DNA of 64,000 nucleotides from Harriotta raleighana (lineage: Eukaryota), in contig JBNZDD010013683.1 in NCBI GenBank assembly GCA_050575255.1, positions 1,524,191 to 1,588,190 of the forward strand. Direction: 5' to 3'. The first letter of the stretch is position 1. The number at the start of each line of letters is the position of its first letter. Shown here piece after piece: positions 62,730-64,000 of this stretch. Made by a program: the position numbers and the translations under genes. Below the pieces are notes generated by a model. The model ran no database searches. It saw nothing but the letters and a program-made list of their open reading frames with translations, and had not been told where the DNA came from.

Positions 62730-64000
62730 CCTATGGCTGTGGGGACCGAGTTTAGAATGTATTAACTCACCAGAACTCGCCAGTTCTTCCTCATGCTTTG
62801 TTTCCAGAGCTTTGCAGGGTTTTGCAGTTGCTGTTGTCAAAGTATAAAAAGAGTGTCAGATCACGGACATTTTAAACGCGAGAAGAAGAAGAAGAAAAAA
62901 AAGAGGTAGATCATTTGATAATTTATTTTTGTCAACTGCAAGGTCAACTTGATCAAATAATGAATTCTGACCCGAGCAGTCACTGTACTGGCATCAGACC
63001 AGGGAATAAACTGGATTCTAAAACCAGCTTAATGTATCAGCAACTAATTACAGCACAGTTCCACCTGACTAACATCCACTAATGACTTCATTATTACATC
63101 TTAATTATCTTCTTATTCAATTTATGAATAAGTCACGTTTTAATTGGCACTAATGCTGATCTTAGCAAAAAGCAGGTTTACATTATAAACACATTAACAA
63201 TAAGTCATCAATTAATGTTTCCTCTTTCTCGCAAATATATTGCCTTGTAAACCACCTTGATCGTTCATCTTCATGTCAATTATTTACTGTTTTCAGTTCA
63301 CTTTTTCCTAACACTAGGCAGGAACTGGAGAGCGCAGACGAGAACATTTTGACGATGATATTAATCTCTATGAGCTAAATAGTTTAATCGTTCTCTACGG
63401 AATATACACTATATGCATAACAGTGCAATAAAATAATCCCTTTGTGCCTTTTCACCTTCAAAAAGGCAAAACAGGATTTCACAAACGCATTGAACGTTTC
63501 TTAAAACAACCCTGACCACGTTTTGGTCGTTGACTTGAAGTGGAGGAAGAAAAGGGAGCAGAAGGGATCACATATTGAGAGCAAGTATTCGAGTTGATTG
63601 CTTTCCCAAACAGCTTTCTGGCCTGGACAGACTAAAACATTAGGATGCTGCCTCCTTTGTCACAGCGCTGAAAATACTGTGAAACGTCATTGTACACACA
63701 AGACAATCATCTGTATCTGCTTAGAAGAATGATAAAATGAAGGCAAGACTAAGACCGATGCTTCATATTGCATGTGGGCATATATAGGTGTGTACGTGCA
63801 TGTACGTGCATGTATTTAAGGCCTCACACATTCCCAATACTGTACATTCAGTGGGCACTTGTTACAGTTGAGTACACAGAGCAGGATTCATTCCATGTGG
63901 GTATTGGCAGCAGATTTTTTTTTTTAGCAAACTGCCTCTCTCAATCCTGTTAAGAGTTTGAAAGAACAAAGGCAGGATTATCTCTGTAGTGTGAGCTTCT

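Noticed and set aside
1-64000. The many short ORFs in the supplied track as host genes
   Set aside because: They are short, often start at non-ATG codons, overlap on both strands and lack recognisable domains. Only LINE RT fragments show homology, and no coherent exon chain could be built.

Overview
AT-rich, CpG-poor, non-coding vertebrate genomic DNA, either a gene desert or a very large intron. The repeat set (tRNA-headed Deu-domain SINEs with L2-type tails, L2 and CR1 LINE 3' fragments, Penelope-type palindromes) best fits a cartilaginous fish, possibly a holocephalan such as Callorhinchus; that assignment is inference. No host protein-coding gene can be supported: the only ORFs with recognisable homology are LINE reverse-transcriptase (ORF2) fragments. 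Notable structure includes (i) a perfect 47-bp inverted repeat (31278-31324 / 31804-31850) whose G-U-rich inner extension pairs over a consensus 5' splice site, (ii) two palindromic elements with degenerate hammerhead-ribozyme-like cores, one split by an L2 insertion, (iii) nested and chimeric L2/SINE insertions with readable junctions, (iv) several enhancer-like unique blocks and candidate small exons, and (v) two duplications flanking single N bases that look like assembly artefacts. Family names were assigned by eye without a database search, and boundaries of old repeats are approximate.
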